Below the pieces are notes generated by a model that did not search any database, was not told the origin of the DNA, and saw only the letters and a list, made by a program, of their open reading frames with translations. Positions 12,240 to 23,995 of a stretch of 64,000 nt of DNA are shown here, one piece after another; within the stretch, counting starts at the first letter, position 1, and each line of letters opens with the position of its first letter. A program made the translations under genes and the position numbers. The stretch lies in contig CM052817.1 in assembly GCA_028534125.1 (NCBI GenBank), positions 8,372,001-8,436,000 of the forward strand, given 5' to 3'. The DNA comes from Lama glama (taxonomy: Eukaryota).

Positions 12240-14270
12240 AACCTTTTTCATTTCCATACTAATTTTATAATCATCTCACCAACTTCCATGAAATTTTTGT
12301 TGGATGCAAATCTATAAATTTTGTGTAGAACTGATACCTTTAGATTATTGAATCTTCTAATCCATGAATATGGTATAACCCTCCATTTATTTGATTCTTC
12401 AATTTTATTTTAGTAATGTTTGTGTTTTTCTGTGTAGGTATTTTGCCCATTTTAAAAATTAGATTTATTCCTGAATATTGTTGTATTTTAAGGGTAGATA
12501 TTTTTAGTTGTATTTCTGTAAATTTAATTTCTAATTGTTGCTAGGATGTAGAAATACAATTAATTTTCATATACTGACTTTGTAATCAGTAATCTTACAA
12601 AATTAACTTATTTATTTTCATAATTTATTTGTAGATTTTTTTAATTTTCTATTTATATTGTCTTATTTTTAAATTTAATTTTTAGTTACTTTTTAATTTT
12701 ATTTATTTTCTTTTTTATCTTGCACTCATTAAACCTTCTATAATGACACATAGAAGAGGTTGTAGCAGGGTTAGTGAAAAAAATTACTCATGATTTTTGC
12801 TGAAATAGTAAGGTAAACTTTATTCAGTATAATCATGATGGGTGTAGGACTACTGCCACAGGATTTTATAATTAAGGAGAGAGATTGAACTTGACTCAGA
12901 ATATAACAAGGAAAAGTCAGGGTTTATAGTGAAGAAACAAGGGAGTGGGGGTCAATAGGTGAAAATTACTATAAGGCTAGTGTAATTCTTTGCTAAACTG
13001 ACTTAGTAGGTTCTTGCTGAAGGCAGGCCCTGTGACCAGCTCCCACCTGGGAGATACCGGGAGATGAGGAATTTGGTTGGGATATCAGCATAGTCAGATT
13101 CTGAGGTTGGGGAATTCTGGCCAAACTGACTTAGCAAGGTTCTTGCTAAACCTGGACTCTACAGGATGGCGATGGAAGCCCAAGCTCTGGGCTAGTGGAG
13201 CAGAAGACTCAGGAGCTTGACTAAGTTTGGCCAAGGAGAGAATCCCGGTCAGCAGACGTTCTCGTTTCACTCCCAACTTTAGGGGAAAAGTTTCTACTAT
13301 TCCATCACTAATATCATGTTTACTATAGGGTTATTATTTTTTTTCCTTAACCAGATACTCTATCAGGTTAGAGAAGTTTCTTCAGTTTTTTGTTTCCTAG
13401 AGTACTTTTTTGAAAAATCATGACTGCATGGTGAATTTTATCAAATGCACCCTCAGTACTAATTTAGATATTCATGTGGGGTTCTTATTCATTCTTTTAA
13501 TATGGTGAGCTACATTAATTAATTTTTTTAAAGTAGTAAACTAACATGCATTGCTGGAAGAAACCCCACATTGTTATAATACATTCTCATTTTATGTATC
13601 ATTGCATTTGATTTGCTATTACTTTGTTTCGGACTGTTGTGTGTGTTCATCACAGAGATGGGTCTGTAATGCTTTGTTTGTAATTTCATTGACAGATTTC
13701 GAAATTGAGGTTATGTTAATATTATAACAAGAGATACCTCTTTTTTTCTGTTCCTGGGAAGAGCTGATATAAGTTTGGCATGATTTCTTATTTTAATATT
13801 CAAAAGAATTCCCTGGCTAAGCTATCTTGGACTGAAGTTTTCTTTGTGGAGGGATTTTTACTTATGGCTTAAATTCCTAATATATATGCAGGAATAGTCA
13901 GATCTTTTGTTTATTCTATGTCAGTTTTGGTAAGCTGTGCTTTTAAGAAATTTGTCTATTTATTTTCAGCTTTTCAGCTTGTTGGCAAAAGTTAATGTTT
14001 TATCTTTCTATTATCCCTTTAATCACTGTAGAAATTGTGATGATACTATTTTTTTCTTCCTAATATATTTCATTTTTTTTTTAGAATTGAGAGGAGTTTG
14101 TAAATTTTATTAATCTTTAAAAATAACCATATTTTTACTTTGTTGATTTTTTTATATTGTTTTTATTTTCCTGATTTTTCTTTTATATGTACAATTTTCT
14201 TTTTTTATGAATCTCTGCTTAGACTTTTAACCTCTTAGCCGATGCTTTCCAATATCAATTTCACTGTCTA
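12240..14270 (-). mobile_element. Ancient L1M ORF2 remnant, interrupted by an LTR
   Basis: T-rich antisense L1 motifs: 'tccatgaatatggtataaccctccatttattt', 'tagaaatacaattaattt', 'gtgaattttatcaaatgc', 'gtcagttttggtaagctgtg'. Confidence 0.75.
12769..13251 (-). mobile_element. MER31-like ERV1 solo LTR
   Basis: Reverse complement starts 'tgaccgggattctctccttggccaaacttagtcaagctcctgag'; 4-bp TSD GCAG at 12765-12768 and 13252-13255. Confidence 0.75.
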
Positions 14271-15247
14271 TCTCCATGAATGTACAGTTTAGGAATTAAG
14301 GAGTAATCTGAGGGACATTGCACGAGTAATTTTGGGCTCACTTTTCTGTGCTGCTCTTTTGTCTCTGATTTGGGCCCCTCAGTCCTGGCTGCCTTAGTTA
14401 TCCTTAATTTTAATTTTGAGTCGGTCTCATCTTAATACTTTTTGTAATTCTAATCCCTTGATTGTCACCTGCATTGGTTTCTCTTTGATGCCTTCAGAAA
14501 GTGTCATTTTAAAATGTAATTCAGCTTTTAGGTTGATTTCAGTAGGAGAATTAGTGTGATAAAGCTACTCATAGTAACTGGGACTATTTATTCATTTTGG
14601 AGGCTGCATATAATCTAGGTTTTGGATATAGCAATTAACTGTTTAATGCTCTTTTAGATTTCTAGGTTCTTTCTAAATTTTTGCTGTTATGAATAACGCT
14701 GCATGAACATTCTTGTAATATAATTTCATGCAACTATACAAGCATTTCTTCAGGATAAATTGTTAATAGTGCATAGATGGACATGGCTTATATCAACTTT
14801 GCCCACCTTTTATTGACCAGGACTCAGTTTCATGGCTTCAACTAAATTTCAGAGTAGATTGGGAAATTCAGATGTTTTATATATACAGGGAGAAGAAATG
14901 TTGTGGCAAACACAGAATTGTCTTTACTACTAATTACTTCTTAGCTTGTCTGAGTCCCTACATTATCGCTGGACTTAATATCCTTAAATATCACTTGGCA
15001 AGATTCACCACTAAATTAAAATCCATAGGGTCTTCCTTTTGCTTTGAGAATGGATTTGTGACTTCTTACAAATGAATTAAGTGATAGACTTTCAGTGAAG
15101 GACGGTTTTGCTTTGTATTTCTGAATTTAGTTCTCTTATCATCTTATGCTGATACTTACTTTTTTTCTTTCTATAAATGATGGGAAGGATTCCGGGGGGC
15201 TCTGGTTCACAGTTGGGTAGAGATTATCACACTTACTAAGTCAAGTT

Positions 15248-16064
15248 TGAAACCAAGGGCAGTCATCAGTTAGACACCTTAAACTATAACTTGCTTAATA
15301 AATATTACCCTCTAACCTGCCTTTGCCATCAAGCTTGCCTTAACTCTTCCTGCAAATCCTCCAAGCTTTATGTTGTTTAGACAATATATCACAAGACTCC
15401 TTTAACTGCCCCCTAGCTAGGGCTAGGGCTAGGGTTAGGGTTAGGGTTGGGGTTGGGGTTAGGGTTAGGGTTAGGGGTTAGGGTTAGGGTTAGGGGTTAG
15501 GGTTAGGGTTAGTGTTTAGCGTTAGGGTTAGGGTTAGGTTTGGGGTTAGTGTTGGGGTTAGGGTTAGGGTTAGGGGTTAGGGTTAGGGTTAGTGTTTAGG
15601 GTTAGGGTTAGGGTTTGCTTACGTTGTTTTTCAGGAACGTGGAGCTAGTCTTGCCCAGTTAAAACGGTAAAGACCAGTGACCATTCAGCTGGGCCTGCTT
15701 GAGTGTCTGATGGATGACCTTTTAACTTCAGAGAACCAAAAACTCTACCCTCAGGTCATGCTAACACCGTCATTTTCTGAACATACTTCCCATGAAGAAG
15801 GATGTAACTGAGATACGCCTGCACATAACACTGATTACTTTGCCTTTTTCTTACCGCTGATAAACTTTTCCCAGGCCTCAGATCACCCACTTCTTTGTCC
15901 CGTAAACATCCCAAGACCATTGCCTTTGGGGATTTGGATTTGAGATTTGTTCTTCCATCTCCTTGCTTGACTGCCTTGTGAATAAATGTTTCTTCTGCTC
16001 AACCTCCAGCATCTCAGTGTTTGGCTTGCTGTGTGGGGGTGCAGATTAACCTGGTTTAGGAACA
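15248..16064 (+). mobile_element. ERV1-type (MER41-group-like) solo LTR containing a telomeric tract
   Basis: TG...CA ends, near-TSD AGTT/AGCT, AATAAA at ~15981, U5 'ggatttgagatttgttcttccatctccttgcttgactgccttgtgaataaa...ggtttaggaaca'. Confidence 0.7.
15417..15615 (+). repeat. Interstitial telomeric sequence (TTAGGG)n, about 33 units including variants
   Basis: Directly visible: 3x CTAGGG, then TTAGGG with TTGGGG, TTAGGGG, TTAGTG and TTAGCG variants. Confidence 0.98.
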
Positions 16065-16879
16065 AGCTCTTCCCACTGTAGTTACCAGGGCAGAGACAAG
16101 AGACAGCAATGTATGGGATGGACATTGCTTCTACTACATCCAGCAATACGAGCTCAGGTGAGCTAGTCAATCTTTCTGTACCTCTGTGTTCCCAGCTGGA
16201 TTATGCAGTTCTGATGATGGGATGAAACTGAAGTCCTGTTATTGTGATGCACTAGTCTCCATTCAAAAAGTCATACGGAAGGACAAGGTTTGCCTCTGGG
16301 AAAGACAGGAGTCTGAGCCGTAAAGCAGCTCTAGGTGATGTGTGTATGTGTGTGTGTGTGTCTGTTGTGCTCACACCCAATGCCTCAAGCCTGGAAGCTG
16401 AGGACACCTTCATCTCCAGCTCATTGTTGTTTATTTGGAGCCATTTAGATCAATCACCCTAGAAGCAGCAAACACTTCAGGGACACGACGTTAAGTGTCA
16501 AGTGCCTCCTCAGCTTCCGTGCCAGAAGATCTAGTTTAAGGCTTCACAAGTGGGTTTCTTGAGAGTTATTTGTTTTCAATCTGCAGTGAGAGGACCAGCC
16601 TGGATGGGAGCCCTGCAGCCGTGGCGCTCCAGCTTCCTCTTTAGGAAACAGGAGTCCTCAAGGTCCATTATCTGGTTCTGGTCCGGCCATTAGGTTGCCC
16701 TTTCACAGACAGGGGGTGAATGAGCCCAGTGGTAGAACCCTAGAGTGGGCATAATCCATGGGCGCCTTCTCTGGAATAACATGACATTCAACCACAATTA
16801 AAAAAAACCCCAACACTGCTGTTTTTGGCAATCCGACTGTTGCTGATTTGAAAGTAGATAACAAGAAGCAAATTGCCCA

Positions 16880-17090
16880 GCTAGGATTCCTCTTCTGCTA
16901 TTAATTAGCTCTGTGACCTGAGGAAAGTTGTTTAAGCTATTCATGTCTCAGTTTCCTTGTACAGAAACTGAGAAGAATAGTAGTATTATCCCGATAGGTC
17001 CTATGAAAAATTAAAAGAGGTAATTTATGAAAAGTAGTTTGAATAGTGCGTGACATATAATAAACCCAATGTAAATGTTAGGTGAACTTA
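16880..17090 (+). mobile_element. MIR SINE
   Basis: 'ttagctctgtgacctgaggaaagttgtttaagctattcatgtctcagtttcctt'. Confidence 0.7.
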
Positions 17091-17119
17091 TTATAAATAA
17101 TTATTAATTATCCCATTAT

Positions 17120-17270
17120 TTAGTTATTTAACTTAACACCCCTTAAGATAGATATTTTACTTTATTCCCCTTTTACAGATGAGGAAAGTGAGACAAAATT
17201 GTCAAGTAACTCATCCAACCTATCCACGTTTAATAAGCTATAAAATTGGAATTCAAAACCTGATAGTCTG
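17120..17270 (-). mobile_element. MIR SINE
   Basis: 'ttttacagatgaggaaagtgagac' antisense MIR core. Confidence 0.65.
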
Positions 17271-17474
17271 GAGAAATCAAACCAAACAGTGAGGGGAATG
17301 CGACATTTTCCCCAAGGAGAGTTGTAAAGTCACATCACAGCAGTTGAGCACTTCCAATGTGATGTGACTCTGGTTTCTGCCTACCTTCCTAGCTGCCTCC
17401 AAGTAGCAAGCATTGATAAGGGCTACATAATTTTGGGGTAAGAACTTAGGAGCTCGAGTCAGACAGTTTTGTGT

Positions 17475-18059
17475 TGTGAATAAAATTCATATCCAATGAC
17501 AAGACAAGAAAAATTTAAACATAAAAGTTTTTCTCTGCCCTCTGGCCTCTTCTCTCCCTGCTATTGTGCATGGTGTATTTGCATTACGCGTTGATCGGGT
17601 CTCCTCCATGGACAGAAATACCCGCTCAACCATAAAGAGCAAATTCTTGTAGCATCAACAAGACAACTCCCTAAAAGATACATCTATCAAAATTCATCGA
17701 ATTGTACATCTGAAATATGTATGGTTTGCTGTACAGAAATTGTACCACAGTAAAGTTATTTAAAAATAAAATAAAATAAGTTTAAAAATTAAAAAAAGAT
17801 AATATTCCTTCTTGATCTTGTAAGGGGTTCCATGATCCATCACGATGATGCTCTGATCTGGATTGTGTAAACTATCAATAATGTACAATTAATGTACAGC
17901 CCTATGTCTCAAAAACCTTATATAACTGCACCTGGATGTCTAATGGGTGGAACAGTTCTCGGGGCTTCCTGAGATGCTCTTCCTGGGTTATGATCGTCAA
18001 ATTTGGCTTGATAAAAATTTTCCATTTTCTTAGAGTGACTGATAAATTTTTTGTCAACA
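17475..18059 (+). mobile_element. ERV1-type solo LTR inserted in a MIR, itself interrupted by an L1 tail
   Basis: TG...CA ends (tgtgaat...tcaaca), near-TSD GTGT/GGGT, TATA-like 'ttatataac' at ~17918; MIR sequence resumes on both sides. Confidence 0.7.
17681..17793 (+). mobile_element. Short retroposed L1M-type 3' tail with A-rich end and TSD
   Basis: TSD AAAAGATA at 17673-17680 and 17794-17801; 67/80 ungapped identity to 7944-8023 by manual alignment. Confidence 0.85.
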
Positions 18060-18651
18060 GGGTAGAAACTTATATTTTGCCTCTCAGTAGCTGTGGGACC
18101 TTTAGCAAATTACTTATGTTGTGTAAGCCCACACAATCCTAATAACATCATTGTATGTTATGCATATAAATTACTTAGCAAGTATCCTAGTATAGTATGA
18201 GTCCTCAGAAAGCATTGGTTATTATGGTAGATTCCAAAATGGAGTCTACCCAACTCTCCTTTCCGATGCTGACACGCTTTCCCATGTAATTTTTAAGTGC
18301 CTTTATTCTGCATCTAGATTCAGCCATAAGACTTGCTTTGACCAATAGAATGGAGTGTGTACCCCAGTTCCAAACCTCTTGTATCCTGATCATCATAATG
18401 AGAACTTGTGCATCCGGGGAGGGAAGGGACAAATGGGACTGCATGGAGTTACAGAGTTTGATGTAGAACTGGGATTTGAATCCAGATCTAGCTGACTTGA
18501 TAACTAGGGCTTTTGTCCACTCTGCTAGTCTGCATTGGATTAATATAGCTGTGGTGGAAACTTGGGGACAGATGTAAGGCAGTCTTTTTTCTTTTTTTCT
18601 TTTGTATTAGACCAAATTACCAGGAAAGGTTGCAGAATCAAATCATATATA

Positions 18652-19286
18652 TTAAATTTTTTTTATTGAAGTATAGTCAGTTTATAATATTGTGTCAATT
18701 TCTGGAGTACAGCATGATGTTTCAGTCATACATATACACATATATATTCCTTTTCATATTCTTTTTCTTTATAGGTTACTATAAGATATTGAATAAAATA
18801 TATAGTGGAAACTTGTTGTTTATCTGTTTTATATATAGTAGTTAGTGTCTGCAAGTCTTGAACTCCCTATTTATCCCTTCCCACCCCCTTTCTCCCTATT
18901 AAGCCTAAGTTTGTTTTCTGTCTGTGAGTCTGTTTCTGTTTTGTAAATAAGTTCATTTGTCTTTCTCTCTCTCTCTCTTTTTTAGAGTTCACATAGAATT
19001 GTTATCATATGGTATTTTTCTTTCTTTTTCTGGCTTACTTCACTTAGAATAATGATTTCCAGTTCTATCCATGTTGCTGCAAATGGCATTATTTTATTCT
19101 TTTTTATGGCTGAGTAATATTCCATTGTATAAATATCCCACAACTTCTTTATCCAGTCATCTGTTGATGGATATTTAGGTTGTTTCCATGTCTTGGCTAT
19201 TGTAAATAATGCTGTTATGAATATTGGGGTGCATGTATCTTTTTGAATTAGAGTTCCCTCTAGATATATGCCCAGGAGTGGGATTG
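18652..19286 (-). mobile_element. 5'-truncated L1 (ORF2 end plus 3'UTR)
   Basis: 'tttttttattgaagtatagtcagttta...cccaggagtgggattg'; degraded TSD 'agaatcaa.t.ata' on both sides. Confidence 0.9.
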
Positions 19287-19559
19287 AGAATCAACTTATA
19301 TTTAATCAAAATGTAATTACAACAATGAGTAATAACAAGAAAGAGAGAAAAAGGAAATCTGTACTCATAAGAGCAAAATTGGTTTTCTAATGTGTACACA
19401 GGCAATGCAGAACAGTTCCTCTGTAGTCATGTCTAACGTATAAATTCCTTTTGTAACACATGAGTCTAAATTTAGTAGAATAAGCCTTCTTGATAAGACT
19501 GACACTTCATAGATCCACCAGACAAATGTCTAGGTTCAGTTGTGCTTGTCGCCAGGGGA

Positions 19560-20292
19560 CCAGTATAATAAGGAATGTGACTGGACTTTGTTTTAGTTTT
19601 GGGGAAGGAGACTCTAAAGCCTTGGAATTTCCTTAGTAATAGGAGTGTCTTTGTTATTCATGAGCCCCTCAGACCATACCTGAGTTTCTGCTAATGAGGT
19701 GACTCCAGATGGAAGCTGGTTGTTCTGGAAAGACAAACTCTGCCATTAGAGGGTAGGGGCTTTGAGCTTGGTGATATCAGCTGGATCTCTCCATCCCTGG
19801 GTAGGGAAGGGAGGCTGGAGACTGAGTTCGATTATGTGGCCAATGATTCAAGCAATCATGCTTACATAATGAATCCCCAGTAAAATCTCCAAATGTGGAA
19901 GCTTAGTGGAGCTCCCTGGTTGGGGAAAACGTTGATGTGCCAAAGGGCTGACATACCCTGATGCCACAGGGAGATAGCAGAAAAACTCTGCATTTAGGAC
20001 CCTGTCAGACTGTGTCCTGTGTCTCCTTACTTGCCTGGTCCTGATTTGTATCCTTTATAATAAACTGTAATCATAAGGAGAATACATTCCTGAGTTCTGT
20101 GAGTTGTTCTAGCAAATTATCAAATCTGAGTGGTGATGGGAACCCCTGGAACCCCTAGGCACTTGGTCAGCAGCATGAGTGGCCTTGGGATCCCCAAATT
20201 TGTGACTGGCCTCTGCAGTGAGGGCAGTCTTCCTGGAGACTATGTCATTAACTATGGGTGGTTACCAATGGAATTGCACCACAGTATGGCCT
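19560..20292 (+). mobile_element. MER21-like solo LTR
   Basis: 'gagtgtctttgttattcatg', 'ctaatgaggtgactc', 'ggccaatgattcaagcaatcatgc', 'tcctgagttctgtgagttgttctagcaaattatc'. Confidence 0.75.
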
Positions 20293-20498
20293 GATGAACT
20301 CACATGCTTTCCTTCTAAAAATTAACATTTTACATTATATAATAATAATATATTCTAGTTAAAATGGTAAGTTTTTGAATGTTGAACCTCTTTTGTCCAT
20401 CTCTTCCTTAATCTAGTTTTTCTTCCTCTCAAAATAAACCACTTTGTTTACTTTGTTATGCAGTTTTTCCAGTCCTTATTTACACATTTATACACATA

Positions 20499-20697
20499 CA
20501 ATTGTTCCCTGGTATCTGGGGGTATTGGCTCCAGGACCCTTCCCCTAACCCAGCCCCGCAGATACTAAAATCTGTGGATGCTCAAATCCTGCATCTGTAG
20601 ATTCCACCAACCACACATCATAAACATGGTACTACTCGATCTGTGATTGGTTGAATCCTCAGATGCGGAACCCACAATCATGGATGGACAACTAGAT
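20499..20697. mobile_element. MER2-like Tigger (TcMar) MITE
   Basis: 'caattgttccctggtatctgggggtattggctccaggacc' ... 'ttggttgaatcctcagatgcggaaccc...ggacaacta' with degraded TIRs. Confidence 0.7.
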
Positions 20698-21505
20698 GTG
20701 CTTCCACAGATAATACAAAGTGTTATTTTATGTTTGGGTTTATTTGGCATGAAAAGCATCATATCTATCTGACTTTTTTCTTTCAGTAAATGATACATTT
20801 TGGAGATCTGATATTTATTGAGTTACCTCATTAAAAACAAACAAGGCACTACCCTTCTGCCTAATCATTCACCCATTGATGGGCATGGAGGTTGCTTGTT
20901 AACTTTAGCTATTATGTCAGATAATGATGTAATAAACATCCTTATGCATGACTCCTTGGACCCATGTGGGAGTGTTTCTCTAGGGAGGGTATCTTTGAAC
21001 AGATCTGCTATGTGCCTTTGAAAATTTCAGTGTGCCTTCAATCATCTGATTTGATGCTCTTAGAAATAGTTTATTTAGTGATGGTTAGCTGATTTAGAAC
21101 TAATTTCCAAAAGTTATAGCAATTATACACTAAGTGAAGATCAAGAACAACTTGTTGGTATGGTAGGTGGGCTGGCTCTCAGATGACCACCAAGGGGGAT
21201 AGATGTTTTATTTTTGGCTGAGGAAAACATTCTATTTTTGTTTACTGTAAGTTGTAAGATAATTTAGAAAGTGAGATTTTTAGGAAGAATGAATAAACAG
21301 TTAATGTTGTGATTTTGCAACCTATGGCAAATTTGTTTGCATGCTTTACATATGAGCATGTGTGTGTATACACATATGTGTATCTGCTTGCAGGTGTACT
21401 TACACACATAAGAAAATAATTTTTATTTGAAGATGAGGCATTATGTTCCCCAATCCTGACAAGTTTTTTTCCCAGCTCTGGAAGTGCTAATCATGGAGTA
21501 AGTAT

Positions 21506-21890
21506 GTATTAGTCTGCTCATGCTGCTCTAACAAAATACCACAGACAAAGTGACTTCAACAACAGACATTTATTTCTCAAAGTTCTTGATGCTGGGATGT
21601 CCAAGAGCAAGGTGTTGGCTGATTCGGTTCCTGGTGAGGGTCTTCGTGGCTTGCAGATGGCCACCTTCTCACCGTGTCCTCACATGGTGGAGAGAAAATG
21701 CTGGTAGATACTTCTTATGAGAGCACTTACAATTTTTCTTCTTTTAGAGCATTAATACCATCTTGAGGTTCCCACCCTCATGACCTCATCTAAAGCTCAT
21801 TATTTCCCAAAGACTCTGGCTCCAAATACCATCATATTGGGAGTGGGACTTCAAAATATGAATTTTTGGGAGACACAAATTCAGTCCCTG
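21506..21890 (-). mobile_element. MLT1A-like MaLR solo LTR
   Basis: 'tgtattagtctgctcatgctgctctaacaaaataccacag...cccaccctcatgacctcatctaa...acacaaattcagtcc'. Confidence 0.85.
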
Positions 21891-23269
21891 AGAAGTGGTT
21901 ACCTCATCTTTATCCCAAGCTGTTGGGAGAATGGTACCTCCTCCCATAACATGTGCACATAGATTTTCTTGTGCATCGCAAACTTGTAGCCGATGATTTC
22001 TTGCTGCAGTTACTCTTTTAAATATTCTCTTCTCTCACCCGTGATAGGTATGGAGCTGTGTTCTGCAGCCATCTTGGTATTTCCTTCCAAGATGCCAAAA
22101 TGATGCAGTCACCAGATGGTCCAGAAATTTTGATTGGATCCCAGGGCATTGATACTCCTATGTCTAAACAGTTAGGTAAGAATCACAGCCTTGGACACCA
22201 GGGGATGTTTACTTAATCTTTAGGCTCATCACAGACCATCATCTTTTTACGCAGGGTCCATTCTCAGGAGACGAAGCCTGGAGCAATCCTGACCCCTTAT
22301 TCTTTATCTTGCTCAATTTCTTGCCTTCAGGTAATTATTTCTGCAGGCAGTTTTATAATCTTGTATCTATGAGAAAAATGATCAGATGAAGTCCAGGGAA
22401 GATGCTGTATGTGGTTAGCAGTCTTTCCTGAATTAGAGAAAGGGGGTGGGTTCTAGGTGCCCTATATTTTTTACCCTGCAAAGTTATTTTCTTTCTCCTC
22501 TTCTTGATTCTCTTGCCACATCTTCCCTCTTCCATATATTCATCACAGTTCTTCTGTCTCTTCTTTCTTTCTTCTTAAGCCAGTTTCACAGTATCACTAC
22601 TCAGGAATCATGGTACATGGATGACAATTATTTATCTTGATAGCTAACATTTGCCAAGTGACTCCTTGGTTATAGGACCTGCATGTTTATACTTAATTCC
22701 CACACCAATCCTAAGAGATTGGCCCTAAAATTCCTTATTCTATAGGCTCAGAAAGGATATACAAGTTTCCTAAAGACTCACAGCTAGAAGTGGCAATGCC
22801 AGGATTTGTACCCAAGCAGTCTGACTTCATTCTTTTAATTGCTACCCTGTTCTGCATAAACTGGGAACTTCACTTTACATCAATATTATTTAATTCTCAT
22901 AATAATACTTTAAAGTTGGGATGATAAATTCATTTTTTAGATGAAATTACCAACCTCAGCAAAGTTAGTTTACTCAAGGTCATCAACAAGTGGAGAAACC
23001 AGCAGAAACCTTTCCTCTTCTTCAGACTGTCTCGATTTAATTCCTCTTTGTTGCATTGAGTTGAATCAAAGTCTTAAGGTTTTCTGTGCCAAACCAGGAA
23101 AGGAACTGTGAAGTTCAGAATATGTCTGTTTCATTGACTTTCTCTTGTTCTTTTCTCACATTTGTGACCTTGCAGGTCCTGTTACCTTCACCCCTTAATA
23201 AAATGTGGTTCACATTGCCCCCTGGTTTCCCCGTGCCCTGCTTCTGCCACCAAGCTACAGTCAGACCAA

Positions 23270-23720
23270 TCACATTTTAAAGTTGTCTGAAGTTAAGTTC
23301 AAACCTCCAGAGTCCTTTCAGCTTTAAAGAGCCCTGAATCTAATTTTAAAATGATTTATCGTTGCAATTTGTGCTAATATCATTATAAATCATCAATTTA
23401 CATAGACTGAAGTTCTGATTAATTCAAATGTATTCATTTACTTTAGATTAATATTGCACCCACTGACTAACCTCTGTATTCATTTACACACAAGATTAGA
23501 AACAGACTATTACATCCAAACAAGTGCCTACGCCAAGCAGCTTGAGTAGAATTGTCCATTTCCAGCACTGGCAGGGTAGCTCGAGGACTGCTTTTGCAGA
23601 GCATCTGGCGCGTCGCCCCAGCAATAGAGCTTCGGCTTCTGACTCTCACATCGTTGCTGTTGCCCGCGCTCTCTCTGTCTCCGGGCACACTGACGCTTTG
23701 TCAGGCTTGCCTTGCCTGTC
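23270..23720. promoter_or_regulatory. Putative conserved enhancer
   Basis: No recognisable repeat; inverted pair of ATGATTTAT motifs, several ATTA cores and a CpG-rich right half. Confidence 0.4.
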
Positions 23721-23789
23721 TACAGAGACACATGAATATTCAAAGACTGTTTACTACAAGCTTAGTCATGACATAGGACTTTATGATTC

Positions 23790-23995
23790 GAACTCATTTA
23801 ATCCTTACAACAGCCCTATGGAATAGGTACGAATATCCCATTTCACAGAGGGAGGAAAGAGGCTTAGAAGAAATCAGCAACTTGCCCAAGGTCAGGCTAG
23901 TAAGTGTTATAGCCAACACGTATTGTAGGCAGAATTTGAACCCCCCAAATGTGGCTCCTGGGTCCATGCTGTTATCCACTCTTGCTCTGTGGCTT
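23790..23995 (-). mobile_element. MIR SINE
   Basis: 'ctcatttaatccttacaacagccctatg...cccatttcacagagggaggaa...aacttgcccaaggtca'. Confidence 0.75.

Noticed and set aside
15417..15615. Chromosome end or telomere-fusion scar
   Set aside because: Short, single orientation, no opposing (CCCTAA)n array, and LTR sequence continues on both sides.
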